Shown piece after piece: positions 35,651 to 48,400 of a DNA stretch of 64,000 bases. The notes below the pieces were generated by a model. The model was not told the DNA's origin. It saw nothing but the letters and a program-made list of their open reading frames with translations, and did no database searches. Source of the DNA: Macrostomum lignano. Its lineage: Eukaryota. The stretch spans positions 124,001-188,000 of the forward strand of contig NIVC01002249.1 of assembly GCA_002269645.1 (NCBI GenBank), given 5' to 3'. The first letter of the stretch is position 1, and each line of letters opens with the position of its first letter. The position numbers and the translations under genes are program-made.

Positions 35651-36418
35651 TCCCTCCGCTTTTCTATCTGCATCTTCCAAAAGCTGCCCATTATTTAGCA
35701 TCGGGGCAGTAGAATTGATGTCTCATTTGTATCTTCTGTAGAAATTATCATGAAAAAATAATGCGAAAAAGCATTCAAGGATTTCACTCAAAAAAATTGT
35801 CAAAATTACTCAATATCTCGATTTCTAATCGAGAGGATTGCTAATCTATCCAACATGAATGAAGACACAGAACAGTTTGCTCATTTAACAGACAGGTACA
35901 AGTGATGAAAGTTGAGGCCAAGGACTACTAGACTAGAACGAATATATAACGAAGTGTTCCTAGTGGTCCTTGGTTGAGGCGGGCTGGGCACTCCCCAGAA
36001 GCAATATATGCTTCCCGTCACAGTCTGCAAGGGACAGAAAGCGGAAACTTGAGCTGGCCGTCACACCGCACAGTTTGGCTTCCTCTTCTTCGACGCTGCT
36101 GCCCCCATGCAGACTCCCCCTCATCATAATCCTATTTTTAACTGGAGGCCACAGAGAGGCCTAACGGAGTCCTCGTAGTTTACTCTTAGTTTTCCCTTCC
36201 ATCTCTCTCCCTCCCTCCCCTCCTAGCAAGGTAGCTACTTAGCTCCTGGTGCCCAAACTGCGTGGCAACAGACAGCGCTGCCACTCCCTCACTCCCCTCT
36301 CCATCAGCCGTCACCCAGCCTCCATAGACAGCTCCGCGCCAATACAAGCCGCTATATAGAATTATAAATTTTGAATTCCTCTCTCAATTCATCCAATAGA
36401 ACTGAACTCTGAACTCAA

Positions 36419-39400
36419 ATGAAACGCAGCAACAGCCCTCTGCTGCAGCATCCGCAGGCATTGCCGCCTCAGTTATCTAAGCTGGAGTTTCGCCGCAGCT
36501 CAGCACCGCAGCATCATCGCCTGTTGGCCTGCCGCTGCCGCTGCAGAGCGGCTCAGCTTCCCATGAGCTTTCTTCATCATTTCCTACCGAGCTATCGACA
36601 GTTAGTTTACATTGTCGCAGTTGCACTGCTGTGCTACATCAGCTATCAGCAGCGCTGGGTCTACGTGACCTGGGATGACCCCGACTCGCCGGCCAGCCAG
36701 CAGCGGCAGCAGCAGAGCCGGGAGGAACTCCACCGGCTGCAGGCGGTCCGACACGTGCAGCAGCAGGCGCTGGGGCTGAAGGGTCTGTCAAGGGGTTGGT
36801 GCCAGGTTTCCAATGTGGAGCTGTTGTGCCTCAGCTAATCAGGATCGCAAATACCTGCATGTACCTACATGTCTATAGATAAATACTAGCAATCTAGTGC
36901 CCCCTTCGGGGCGCCCAAATGGCAAAGAGCAAGAATTATTCATGCAAATTAATTAAAAAAGCACATCTCCTTCTTCAGATTTTTAAATCACCTTAATAAT
37001 GTAAAAATTGTCACGGACAAAGATTTTTGCTATGAATCTCTTCTAAAGCCTCAACAAAGATAACAGGCGTCCCCCCTAAATAGAAAGCATCCCCAAGACA
37101 ACAAGCACCCACCCACCCCCTCCCAAATAGCAAGCATCCCCCGATAGCAAGCATCCCCAGATAGCAAGCATCCCCCGATAGCAAGCATCCCCCGATAGCA
37201 AGCATCCCTCGATGGCAAGCACCCCCAGATAGCAAGCATCCCCCCATAGCAAGCATCCCCCGATAGCAAGCATCCCCCGATGGCAAGCACCCCCAGATAG
37301 CAAGCATCCCCCCGATAGCAAGCATCCCCCGATGGCAAGCACCCCAGATAGCAAGCATCCCACCATAGCAAGCATCCCCCCATAGCAAGCATCCCCCCAT
37401 AGCAAGCATCCCCCGATAGCAAGCATCCCCCGATAGCAAGCATCCCCCCATAGCAAGCATCCCCGATAGCAAGCATCCCCCGATGGCAAGCACCCCCAGA
37501 TAGCAAGCACTCCAGATAGCAAGCATCCCCCCATAGCAAGCATCCCCCGATAGCAAGCATCCCCCGATAGCAAGCATCCCCCGATAGCAAGCATCCCCCC
37601 ATAGCAAGCATCCCCCGATAGCAAGCATCCCCCGATGGCAAGCACCCCCAGATAGCAAGCACTCCAGATAGCAAGCATCCCCCATAGCAAGCATCCCCCC
37701 GATAGCAAGCATCCCCCCGATAGCAAGCACTCCAGATAGCAAGCATCCCGCAGATAGAAAGCTTCCTTCGATAGCAACCCCCCCCCCCCCAAATACGAGC
37801 TACAATAGCAAGCAGCCCCCCTGATATAGATAAACATATATTCGCAGGGGGCTGTGCGGGCGCCCTTGCGCAACGCCTTTGGCGATATCGTCCTAAAGTC
37901 CCACAAACCAACGCTGAGGCAATTCTGCCCATTCCGCTGCCTCCTGAGCACAGACAAGCGCGCCAATACTGTACGCAGGCACTGCACTCATGCACATGCT
38001 CACACAGGGTGTACATCGGCCCTTTGACTTTCTAATCGTCAGGCATGTACACTCTCTGCGTCTTGTAGTTGATCCTCATGGCTGTGAATCGCACGGAAAG
38101 CCACTGGCCACTGAAATACCGAATGTACATTGGAACAGCTAGATTAGGGAGGGAATTCCGAGTGTTCTAGAGAATTGTTACTTAGCACACTCCAGCTAGA
38201 TTTGGGAATTCTTAATGTACGCCAGATCAACTAGAAAGGGGGGTCCCTAATGTACACTATATCAACTAGAATGGGGAATCCCGAATGTACACTATATCAA
38301 CTAGAATGGGGAATCCCGAATGTACACTATATCAACTAGAATGGGGAATCCCGAATGTACACTTTATCAACTAGAATGGGGAATCCCGAATGTACACCGG
38401 ATCAACTAGAATGGGGAATCCCGAACGTACACTTTGACTTTGACTTAGCTGCAGGGCTGTCCCGGAGGGAACACAGCGGGAAGGCGCGGGCGCCCATTCC
38501 GCTAATCCCTGTACGGCCGACGCGTCGCTATGGACGGAGGGTTGGCGCCGCCCAGGGAGGTCCCCCAGTGTCGCCAGCAGCTATAGTGCTCTCTGGAAAG
38601 GAGAGTTCAGCCCTGCGGGTGGCCCGAAGGTAGCGCATGAGCTGATTAAAGTTTTCGGGTTTGCACGCTTCAGTAATAGATGTGTGTGGCCCGAGGTAAG
38701 TGAGTCTGGCCCGCGTGAAGGCGGGACAGATGCTGACGAAATGCTCAGCGGTTTCGTCACCTGAGTTGCAGAAACTACAGGTGGCGTTGGTGGCGTTGCC
38801 CTGCAGGTACTGGTGCCTGGAGAAGCAGCCGTGACCAGAGAGGGTCATGGTGGCAGCCCGGATGTCTCTGCGCGAGAGGCGCAAGAGGAGCTTCCGGAGC
38901 TGGTGAGAAAGTTGAGGGACAGCGCCTCTGGATTGCCTGCAGTTCGTGCGGTTCGCCCAAGACGAGCGGTGCTGAGTCCTGATCCACGCTTTGATGCGCG
39001 AGTCGATGACACAGCCAGGAATCGGGACAAGAGGTTCGGGGCCGAGAGAGGAGCCGGAGGCACCAACTTTCGCAAGGGCGTTAGCCAACTCATTTCCTCG
39101 GATCCCCACATGCCCGGAACCCACTTGAGGGTGATTTTGTTGGTGGAGCCCAACATGTTGAGGAGTTTGATACAGTCGAGGACTGTAGCAGAATTGGTGC
39201 TGCAGCCACTGATGGCGTGCAAGGCAGCTTGGCTGTCCGAATGGAAAATGATGTTCTTGCCAATAACGCCAGTGGCGAGAAGCTCTGCAGTGCAGGAGCT
39301 GATGGCCAGAACTTCATTTTGGAAAACACTGGAGTTGACCCCAGTGTATTGAGCGTGGGTAGCGATGACCCTCTCGTTCAGAAAGATTCCAACACCAAAG

Positions 39401-42400
39401 CCGGTGTTGGCTGACTGCTTAGAACCGTCGGTGTAGCAATGAAGCTCACCAAGGTTCCATTGGTCATTGATGTTATCGCGCGAGTCGATAGCTACGGAGT
39501 AGCGCTGTCTCAGGTTGAGCGTTGAGGCAATGCCATCGGTGAAGACGCGATTGGCCTGACACTCGTTGAGAAAGTTGAGGCACAGGTCGCTATGCGGGAC
39601 AAGGTTCCGCTTAGCAGGTGCTCTCATGTAAATGAATTTGACGCCGGCATCAATTAGACGCCGCGTCGTTCTAGCCGCCTCACCCCTGACGAAGAGGTCA
39701 AGAGGCGGTAGATTAAGGAAGGCCCCCATGCCAGCAAAGGGCGTGGACCTGATGGCGTTGCAGATGAGCCTACACGCTCTGCCTTGGATCGTGTTGAGCA
39801 GGTCTGCATGGCTTTTGACCTGGGTAGCGCTAACCCAGACAACAGAGGCGTACGTAATGGCAGGTCTAACTACGGAAGTATAGATCCACCAAAGCCGCTT
39901 TGGGGATAGACCCCAAGAAGTGCCAAGTGCTCGTCGGAGCTGGGCCAGGATGGCTGAGGCACGCTTGGCTTTTGATTTCACGTGGAAGGACCAGTTGAGC
40001 CGGTGGTCAAGTGTGACCCCGAGACATCTGGTCTGGTGCGCAAAGGCAATTTCTCTGCTGTAGAGCTGCAGAGGACGTATGTTCCAGCGTAGTCTGCTGG
40101 TAAACATAATGGCAACGGTTTTGGGCTCAGAGAGTTCCAGACCATTGTCATTGGCCCAGGATTCTGCTATGCGGATAAAGCTCTGCATCAGATCCCTGAG
40201 CGTGCTGGGAGACGGTCCTGCCACAATGGCCGTGACATCATCAGCATACCCGACTTTGAAGACGTGGTCGGGTCGGGAGTCACTCAGAAGAGCGTCCATG
40301 ACCAGGTTCCAGAGCGTCGGGGTGAGGACTCCACCTTGGGGTCCACCCTTACAGACTCTGGTGGAGGCAGTTTGTCCAAGAAGTTGGGCAGTGACCGTAC
40401 GGTTGGAGATCATGTACATGATCCACCGTATGAGGGTAGCATGAGCTTTGCGATTTTGAAGGGCCCTCTGAAACGCTTCAAAGATAACGTTGTCGAAGGC
40501 GCCAACAATGTCAAGAAAGAGAGCCAGGGCGTAACCGTCACCCAGTACCGCCCGTTCAATCTTCTCGACAATCGCATGCAGGGCGCTGTCAGTCGACCTC
40601 CCGGTACGGAAGGCGTGCTGATTATTGCTGAGGGGCATCACTGTCAGCTCGCAGGACAGCAGCCGCCAGAGAATAAGCCTCTCAGTGAGCTTAAGCATTG
40701 CTGACGTTAAGCTAATAGGCCGGAAGGCCTTTGACGCTTTGATAGTCACCCTTCCCAGGTTTGGGAATAAAGACTACCCGAGCTTCAGTCCAGCATTTGG
40801 GAACGTATCCCGGCTGGATAGAGGCCCGCATAAGATTGCGGGTGAGTCTCAGGAACGAGGGTATCTTGCTTCACGAAGGAGAACAGGGTAGATACCATCA
40901 GGTCCAGGAGATTTGAAGGGTTTGAAGGTTCTGACCGCACGAGCGATTAGGTCTTCAGTGACAATGCCCACCGCTAGGGTGGCTCCATCCATCGAATGGT
41001 TGGGCTCCGGTCTAGCAGTAGCAACCCTCGGGAAGAATGTGCTGAGCATATGCTGAAGCACTTCTTCAGGGTCTTTAGTAAGAGAGCCATCATCTTTTTT
41101 GATCATGGCTAATTTGGACATTTTGTCCATTGTAAGGGCCTTGACAAGCCTAGAAGTAGGTCTGTCTTGATCCAATTCATTGCAGAATTGGCGCCATTTA
41201 CATTCCTTGGCCTTGCGCACTTCAGATTTGAAATTGCGCGAGGCTTGCCGGAAAAGCTCCATGTCCTCCGGGTTTCCGGTCTTCATGGCACGGCGATGAA
41301 GGCTTTTGGCCTTCCGCCTGAGTTTACCAGCTCCGGGTTCCACCACGGCGCCGAGGTCTTGCCTTTGTAGGCGCGAGCAGGACAAGCCGCTTCGTAGGCT
41401 GCAATAATGCAACCTGTCAGCGTCTCAGCCATATGATCCACATCCTCGCAGGTCTCAATCGGACGTAAGTCCGTGAGTTCCTGCAGGTGCAGATCAAGGG
41501 CAGCCTTGTAGGCCGCCCAATCAGTGTTGCGGATATTGCGCCTCCAAGTGATCGGAGACTAGGTTTTAGTGTCCGCGATGTTAAAGGCGATAAAGCAGTG
41601 GTCAGACAGGGAGGGCTCCTCAGACCAGACTCTCCACTCCTCAACTCTGTCAAAGAGTCTTGGGGTAACGAGTGTGGCGTCAAGGACCTCGGTCCATCTG
41701 CCATTATTAAAGGTAGGAGTGCTGCCGCGGTTGCAGAGCATGAGGTTTGTGTTAGAGATGAGGGCCAGAAGCTCCTCTCCTCTAGTGTTGGTATCTTTGC
41801 TGCCCCAGTGCTTGTGGTGCGCGTTGAGGTCGCCCCCTAAGCACAGCTCAGCGTTCTGGGACTCGCAGTACTGCGCAAGGCGCAGTAAACTCTCGGGGGC
41901 AGGGTCTCTGTCGCCTGGGATATAAACCGAGGCAACAAGACACGTAAGCGGAGAGAGATGATTAGATCGGATGACGCAAAGGTCTCCATCAGAGAGATCA
42001 GTCCTCAGCAAAGCCTGGAGATGGCTAGCAGCGAGGATAGCCGCTCTAGGGCGGCTGTTCCCCGGGCCACACATATAAAAATCAGAGTAGCCAGAGGGAA
42101 TGTTGGGCAACTTACCGTTGCGCATCCAGGGTTCCTGGATCAGGATGAGGCCTGGCCTGTACAGCTCAGCAATCTTCATCAGATTTACTGACGCAGATAC
42201 GCAATGCTGTAAATTTATTTGCAGACAGAATGTCGCTCCTTTGGCAGCGTGGAGCTTAGTCATACTGTATTAAATGCAATGTCTGGCTAGAGCCCAGGGC
42301 CATCAAGGAGACTTGGACAACAGATCGTCCTCGTCCCAGGCCGCTGGGGCTTGACTGGGAGATGGGAGTTGGTCGACGTCCATGGCCTCCTCACCCCCAC

Positions 42401-45400
42401 CGGCCCCCCCAGCAGAGTCCTCAGGCTCCGATGACAGGATGGAAGCTTCCTCACCTGCATCTTTACCTTCAGACCCCACCAGGGTGGCCGAGGAGAGCTC
42501 GGATTCCGAAGACCCGGCCTCGTCCTCAACTCCTTCTCCAACTGGCAGGTTTGGTTCCCAGGGCTTGGCCGGAGCCGTTACCGCGGTCGCCGAACTGCTG
42601 CTAGCAGAGGGGCGAGATGCAGCTTCGGCTTTGGGATCGGCTTGCGCCTTTCCTTGGGCCTTAGACTGCGCCCCGCTCTTGCCGGAGATGCCGGGGTTGG
42701 CAGTAGCCTTCCCTTTGGCAGACTTTCCTCGGCGCATCTTGAGCTTGAGGGCACCCAGCTGGAAAGAGGATCCATTAGGGTACCGACTCGCCCAAGTGCT
42801 GGAAAGGCCGAGGACAATTGAGTTGCCCGTCTCCCCCTTGCGGACTTGGCGGTGATACACCAGTCCACTAGCAGGGAGGTCGGGGTTCAGACGCAGTAGG
42901 ACCCGGTGGATAACGTCTGGTCCAGCTGCGGTGCTCTTAGCAGGGACGAAAACCACATAGGGTATCGTCTTTGGACGCTGGCCCTCGCGAAGAAAAAGAG
43001 CTCCGCCAAGGTCAGCATCCAAGGAGACCGTCGGTAGCCGCTGGAGCAGCTGCCGAGCGTCCTCCTCGCTGCTAGGAGCAATAAGAACGAATGTGCTTCG
43101 CAGCACCATCCGCTCAATGCCGATGGAGATTCCCTCCTCGACAGTCAGCCCAATCAGATAGGAGTCAACAGCACTCCACACTTTTTGAAGCTGATCAGTG
43201 GTCCAGTCCTGGCCGCGACCTTGGATGATCACTCCCGGGATTTTGGCCTTGGCCTTCGCCGCAAAGGTAGCTCCCGAAGGAACCTCCTTGTTGGCAGTGG
43301 CCATTTGTTGCGCCGTGGTTTCGGCCTCAGCAGCCGCGGCAGCATCTCCAGGGAGCGCCGCCGCTGAACTACTGGAGCTTCCACCGGCCGGCCCGCCTGG
43401 TTGCCTTGGGGCTCCAGTCGCTTCAGCATCCATGGTGGACGCCGCCGCTTTGGCCCCCGCAGCTCCCTTCTTGGCCTGCCTTTTGGCGCGTTGTTTAGCG
43501 CGTTTGCGCTCAAGCTGAGCCCGCTGAGCTTCATCGGATCTGCCAGATTTGGCCGGTCCTTTAGGCTCAGAGCTCGCGGTTCCCTTAGATCCACCAGCGG
43601 AGCTGGCAGGTCTTTGGGCATTTTGAGTTTGATAGCTCTGGTCGGATCTGCCAGCAGAGCCAGCCGGTCCTTCCTTTGCCACAGTTGAATCAGTCGGTTG
43701 GGATCTGCCAGCAGGGCCGGCCGGTCCTTCGGACTGAGGTTGGGGTTTAGAAGGGTCCCCGTACCTAGAAAAAGCTTGGTTATCCATAGTCGGCTCGAAG
43801 GCCATGATAAAGGTTGGTGGGCTACCCTCAAAGGGGCGCGGTACCCACCCGGCCGCTCCACCTGACCGGGCAGTAGGCCAATAGAACCCTCAAGGCTGGC
43901 CCGACACCAGGAGGGGGACCGCTTGCGACCGGACTACTCCCCGGCCTTCCAGCCCATCGGCACGGTCAACACCTTAGGTATTAGAGAGTACGTTGAGCAG
44001 TACCACGACCTGCAGGTTGGCGAGCCAGACCCGCATACCCAAATTCGGCCGAAGCCACTGAATAGGGTCGCCAGCGCCGGAGCCCAGTCTGTCCAGCAGC
44101 CCTAGGGTCTGCCTTGAACACACGCGGGGACGAGTACCCTGGGTCGACTTGCGAGACAGCGTGGGGGGGGGGGTCTGCGGCTGCCAGAGGCAAATAGAGG
44201 ATGCAGACCTCCCACCAGCCTTGACCTGCCAAAGATAGGGGCAGGCGTGAAGCATCGCAGACCGTAGCCCATAGGCCTAGTCTGTCTCATACTTCACTGG
44301 CGTGCTGAATACACCTTCGCGTGCCCCGAATGTACACTATATCAACTAGAATGGGGGAAATCCTGAATGTACACTATATCAGCTAGAATAGGGAATCCCG
44401 AATGTACACTATATCAACTAGAATGGGGAATCCTCAATGTACACTATATCAGCTAGAATAGGGAATCCCGAATGTACACTATATCAACTAGAATGGGGAA
44501 TCCTCAATGTACACCGGATCAACTAGAATGGGGAATCCCGAATGTACACCGGATCAATTAGAATGGGGAATCCCTAATGTACACCGGATCAACTAGACTG
44601 GGGGAATCCCTAATGTACACGATGTGCATAGTTTGGCAGGCAACCCCAACGAACTCTTGACACCCTGCAAACACTGCAGACAGCCGGGTCGAAGAGCTCA
44701 TCAGGCAGATCGCCGCCTCGGGCCAGTCGGACTCAGTCAGAATGAATCGAAGCGACGATCCAAAGAAATGCCGGGACCGTCTGCCTCCGCTGTTCCACCA
44801 GATCTACGCCGGCAGAAGCATACCGGAGGCCTACCGAGGCCACCTGCTGTCCTGCCTGCGGCTCAACTATCCCGACTTCGCCTACGTGCTCTGGACTGAC
44901 GACGACGCGGCCGCCTTTCTCGCCGACAAATTCCCGGTGCACTCGGCCATGTTCTCCGGCTATGCGAAAGCTTTGCAGAGGTCGGATGCGCTGCGCTACT
45001 TCATATTGAGCTATTTTGGTGGTGAGCGGCTCCGGCGTCTGACCTAAAACTGGCCTAAACCTCACCTAGACCTAGCCTTGACCTGACCTAAGCCAGACTT
45101 AGACTGAAGCCTACCCTAAAACTGATCTAAACCTCACCAAAATCTGGTCTAAAAATTGACCTGAGTCTGAATCAACCCTGACCTAATACTGACCTAAACT
45201 TCACATTAACCAAACTTATATGTACACGGTTATCAAAACCTGACCTAAGTCTGACCAAGGCCTAGGCTAAAACAGGCCCAAACCTTATAAAAAAACGAGT
45301 GTAAATCTCATTTAAACATAAATTAACCTTGACTTAAAATTGGCTTAAACCTGGAGTATACCAAACGTTAACCTAAACTAGATGCATCCCAAACCTGACC

Positions 45401-48400
45401 TAAATTTGAACAAAAACTGGCCTGTCCAAAATTTGACCTAAACTTGGTCAACTGGCTAACCGCAGACTAAACTAAACTCGCCTTAAACTTGATCTACCCC
45501 AGCCTACTTGTAAATCTAATCCTGACCTAAGCTTAAGCAAGTCTCACTAGAGAAATATTTAGAACCAAACCAAGTAAACAAAGTTGATTACAAAAACCAC
45601 TTTCAATAAACCAAAATTAATCTCCAGGCATCTACGCCGACATGGATGTGCAGTGCCTGCGCCCGTTCAACCGCCTGGCCGCGGCCGAGTCCTGTTTCTT
45701 GGACCAGGAGCGCTGGGAGCAGAGCCAGATTCTCCACGGCACCGAGTTCGCCGCTATGAACTCCGTGATGGGCTGCGGCAAGCGGCATCCGTTCTTTGAT
45801 GTCGTCATCGCCAGGTTGAAGCGCACTAGCAAAGGTCTGGTTGGACGTTGCAGTTCATATCGTGTCCTCCTTCCTATAGGCTAGATTAGCAATCCATTCT
45901 ATTCCTTCTGTTGATGTTAAATAGATTAGCAATCCATTCTGCTCCTTCTGTTGATGTTGGATAGATTAGCAATCCATTCTGCTCCTTCTGTTGATGTTAA
46001 ATAGATTAGCAATCCATTCTGCTCCTTCTGTTGATGTTGGATAGATTAGCAATCCATTCTATTCCTTCTGTTGATGTTGGATAGATTAGCAAGCCATTCT
46101 ACTCCTTCTGTCCATGTTAAATTGATTAGCAAGCTTGTTTTTCTTTCCCAGTCGATGACGCCAAACTGTTGCCAACTTTATTAATCCGACAATGCCCTCT
46201 TTTGTGAGCCATATTTGCCAGACCACCGGAGCCGAAAGCCAGACGCACCTCTAGAAGCAGTCATCCCGCGTTCCCCATCCAGCGAAGCAAAAATTTGCTT
46301 TCAACATATTTGCAGCCTTATAGACCTGTGGGAAGGGCAGAGGCAGCTGCAGTAGCCTTTTCTCTCCTTTTTTCTCTTTGTCGCATTTTCGTGCCTCAGT
46401 GCGTTCTGCGCGCACGCTTTTTTGGGAGGCTGGGGTTGCCATTCAAGGAATATTTGATGAAGGAGTGCGACGCTGAGAAACTATTGGACTATAAAACAAT
46501 AGGGGATTTTTTGGCTGCTTGATGCTCTCGCTTATAGAATTTTTTGTGCACACAGTTTCCTAAAAAAGGTGTGCCTCTGGGCCTGGCGCGTTTTCTAATT
46601 TTTATAGGCTTATTCCAATAGTAGTTTGGTCTGTACTTTTTTGGTCCCTACTGAGTCAAAAGGAATTCTGGCAATATAGATTAGCAATATAGATTGATTG
46701 ATAGATTGATACACACATTGGAAGTTAAAGCTTAGATATTCAGCAGCTCTGAGAGCTAGGCCACATCCAATGAGACCTATATGAATTCTGTAGTCGGTGA
46801 GAAATAGTGGGAAGGGGTTCGGTGGTGGGCAAGAAATAGTGGGGAGGGATTCGGTGGTGGGTGAGAAATAGTGGAGGGGGGAAGGGAAAGAAGAAGAGCG
46901 GGGCCGCAGCCAATCAGCTTGAAGCTAAGGTTAGACAAAATCTGGTATGGGTGAGAAATTGTGGGTGGGGTAGGGAGAGGAGAGCGGGGCTACAGCCAAT
47001 CAGCTTGAAGCTAGGGTGACAAAATCTGGGGAGGTGAGAAATGTGGTTTTGAAAAAAGGAAGTCCCAGCCAATCAGCAAAGGCTAAGACTCGACAAAAGA
47101 GAAAAACAGAGTGCTGATTATAAGGCTTGAAAAATGACTCTGTTTTAACACTACGAGACGATAGTGTGCGCCAGAGCGACGAACTATTTTTATGGTTAAT
47201 TTTAAGATTTTTGTGCGTATTTCTACCGTCAATATAGTTTTGTCTAACCTTATCGATACTTCAACTGATACTAACAGGGGCTGACATTCTTCGCTCGACT
47301 GGCCCCTTGCTGCTCACCGATCTCTACCGAGACTTCATGGGCAAGCCGGAGTCCACGCGCCGCGGTCTGCGCCTTCTGTCACCGGAAGTGTTCTCGCCTC
47401 TGATGGACCATCCGGGACACTTCCGGGGCGCTTGCGGTAAAGGGTTCTCAGACGACTGGAAGTGAAATCACTCCAACCCAATCCCAATGACCGGAAGTGC
47501 AGTCGCACTAGATAATCTTAATGATCGGAAGTGAAATTACTATAACAATCACAATGACCGGAATTAAGTCACTCTAACCAATCCCAATGACTGGAAGTGA
47601 AATCACTCTAACCAATCCCAATGACTGGTAGTGAATTCACTCTAACCAATCCCAATGACTGGTAGTGAATTCACTCTAACCAATCCCAATGACTGGTAGT
47701 GAATTCACTCTAATTCACTACCTAACTAATCCCAAATGACTGGAAGTAAAGTCACCAATCCTAACCAATCCTAATAGCCGGAAGTGAAGTCACCCTAAGC
47801 CAGTACCAATGACTGGTAGTGAATTCACTCTATCTAATCCCCAATGACTGAAAGTAAAGTCACTCTAACTAATCCCAATAACCGGAAGTGAAGTCACTCT
47901 AACCAATCCCAATGACTGGTAGTGAATTCACTCTAATTCACTCTAACCAATCCCAATGACTGGTAGTGAATTCACTCTAATTCACTACCTAACTAATCCC
48001 AAATGACTGGAAGTAAAGTCACCAATCCTAACCAATCCCAATAAGTGTTCTCGCCTCTGATGGACCATCCGGGACACTTCCGGGGCGCTTGCGGTAAAGG
48101 GTTCTCAGACGACTGGAAGTGAAATCACTCCAACCCAATCCCAATGACCGGAAGTGCAGTCGCACTAGATAATCTTAATGATCGGAAGTGAAATTACTAT
48201 AACAATCACAATGACCGGAATTAAGTCACTCTAACCAATCCCAATGACTGGAAGTGAAATCACTCTAACCAATCCCAATGACTGGTAGTGAATTCACTCT
48301 AACCAATCCCAATGACTGGTAGTGAATTCACTCTAACCAATCCCAATGACTGGTAGTGAATTCACTCTAACCAATCCCAATGACTGGTAGTGAATTCACT

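Larger units (their letters stand above)
38434..44324 (-). mobile_element. Full-length non-LTR retrotransposon (APE-RT-RNase H; LOA/R1-like, I group), 5891 bp
   Basis: About 520-bp 5'UTR, ORF1 and ORF2, short 3'UTR ending AAGTCAAAGTCAAA. Flanked by CCCGAA(C/T)GTACACT at 38420-38433 and 44325-44338 (putative TSD within the array). Antisense in an intron of the GT32 gene. Confidence 0.92.

Noticed and set aside
33776-35741. 640-aa ORFs in all three + frames
   Set aside because: Translation of a stop-free 17-bp tandem repeat. The same applies to ORFs at 19763-20326, 24768-25661, 37011-38016, 50166-51168, 56188-57213, 58206-59093, 59363-60415 and 62431-63030.
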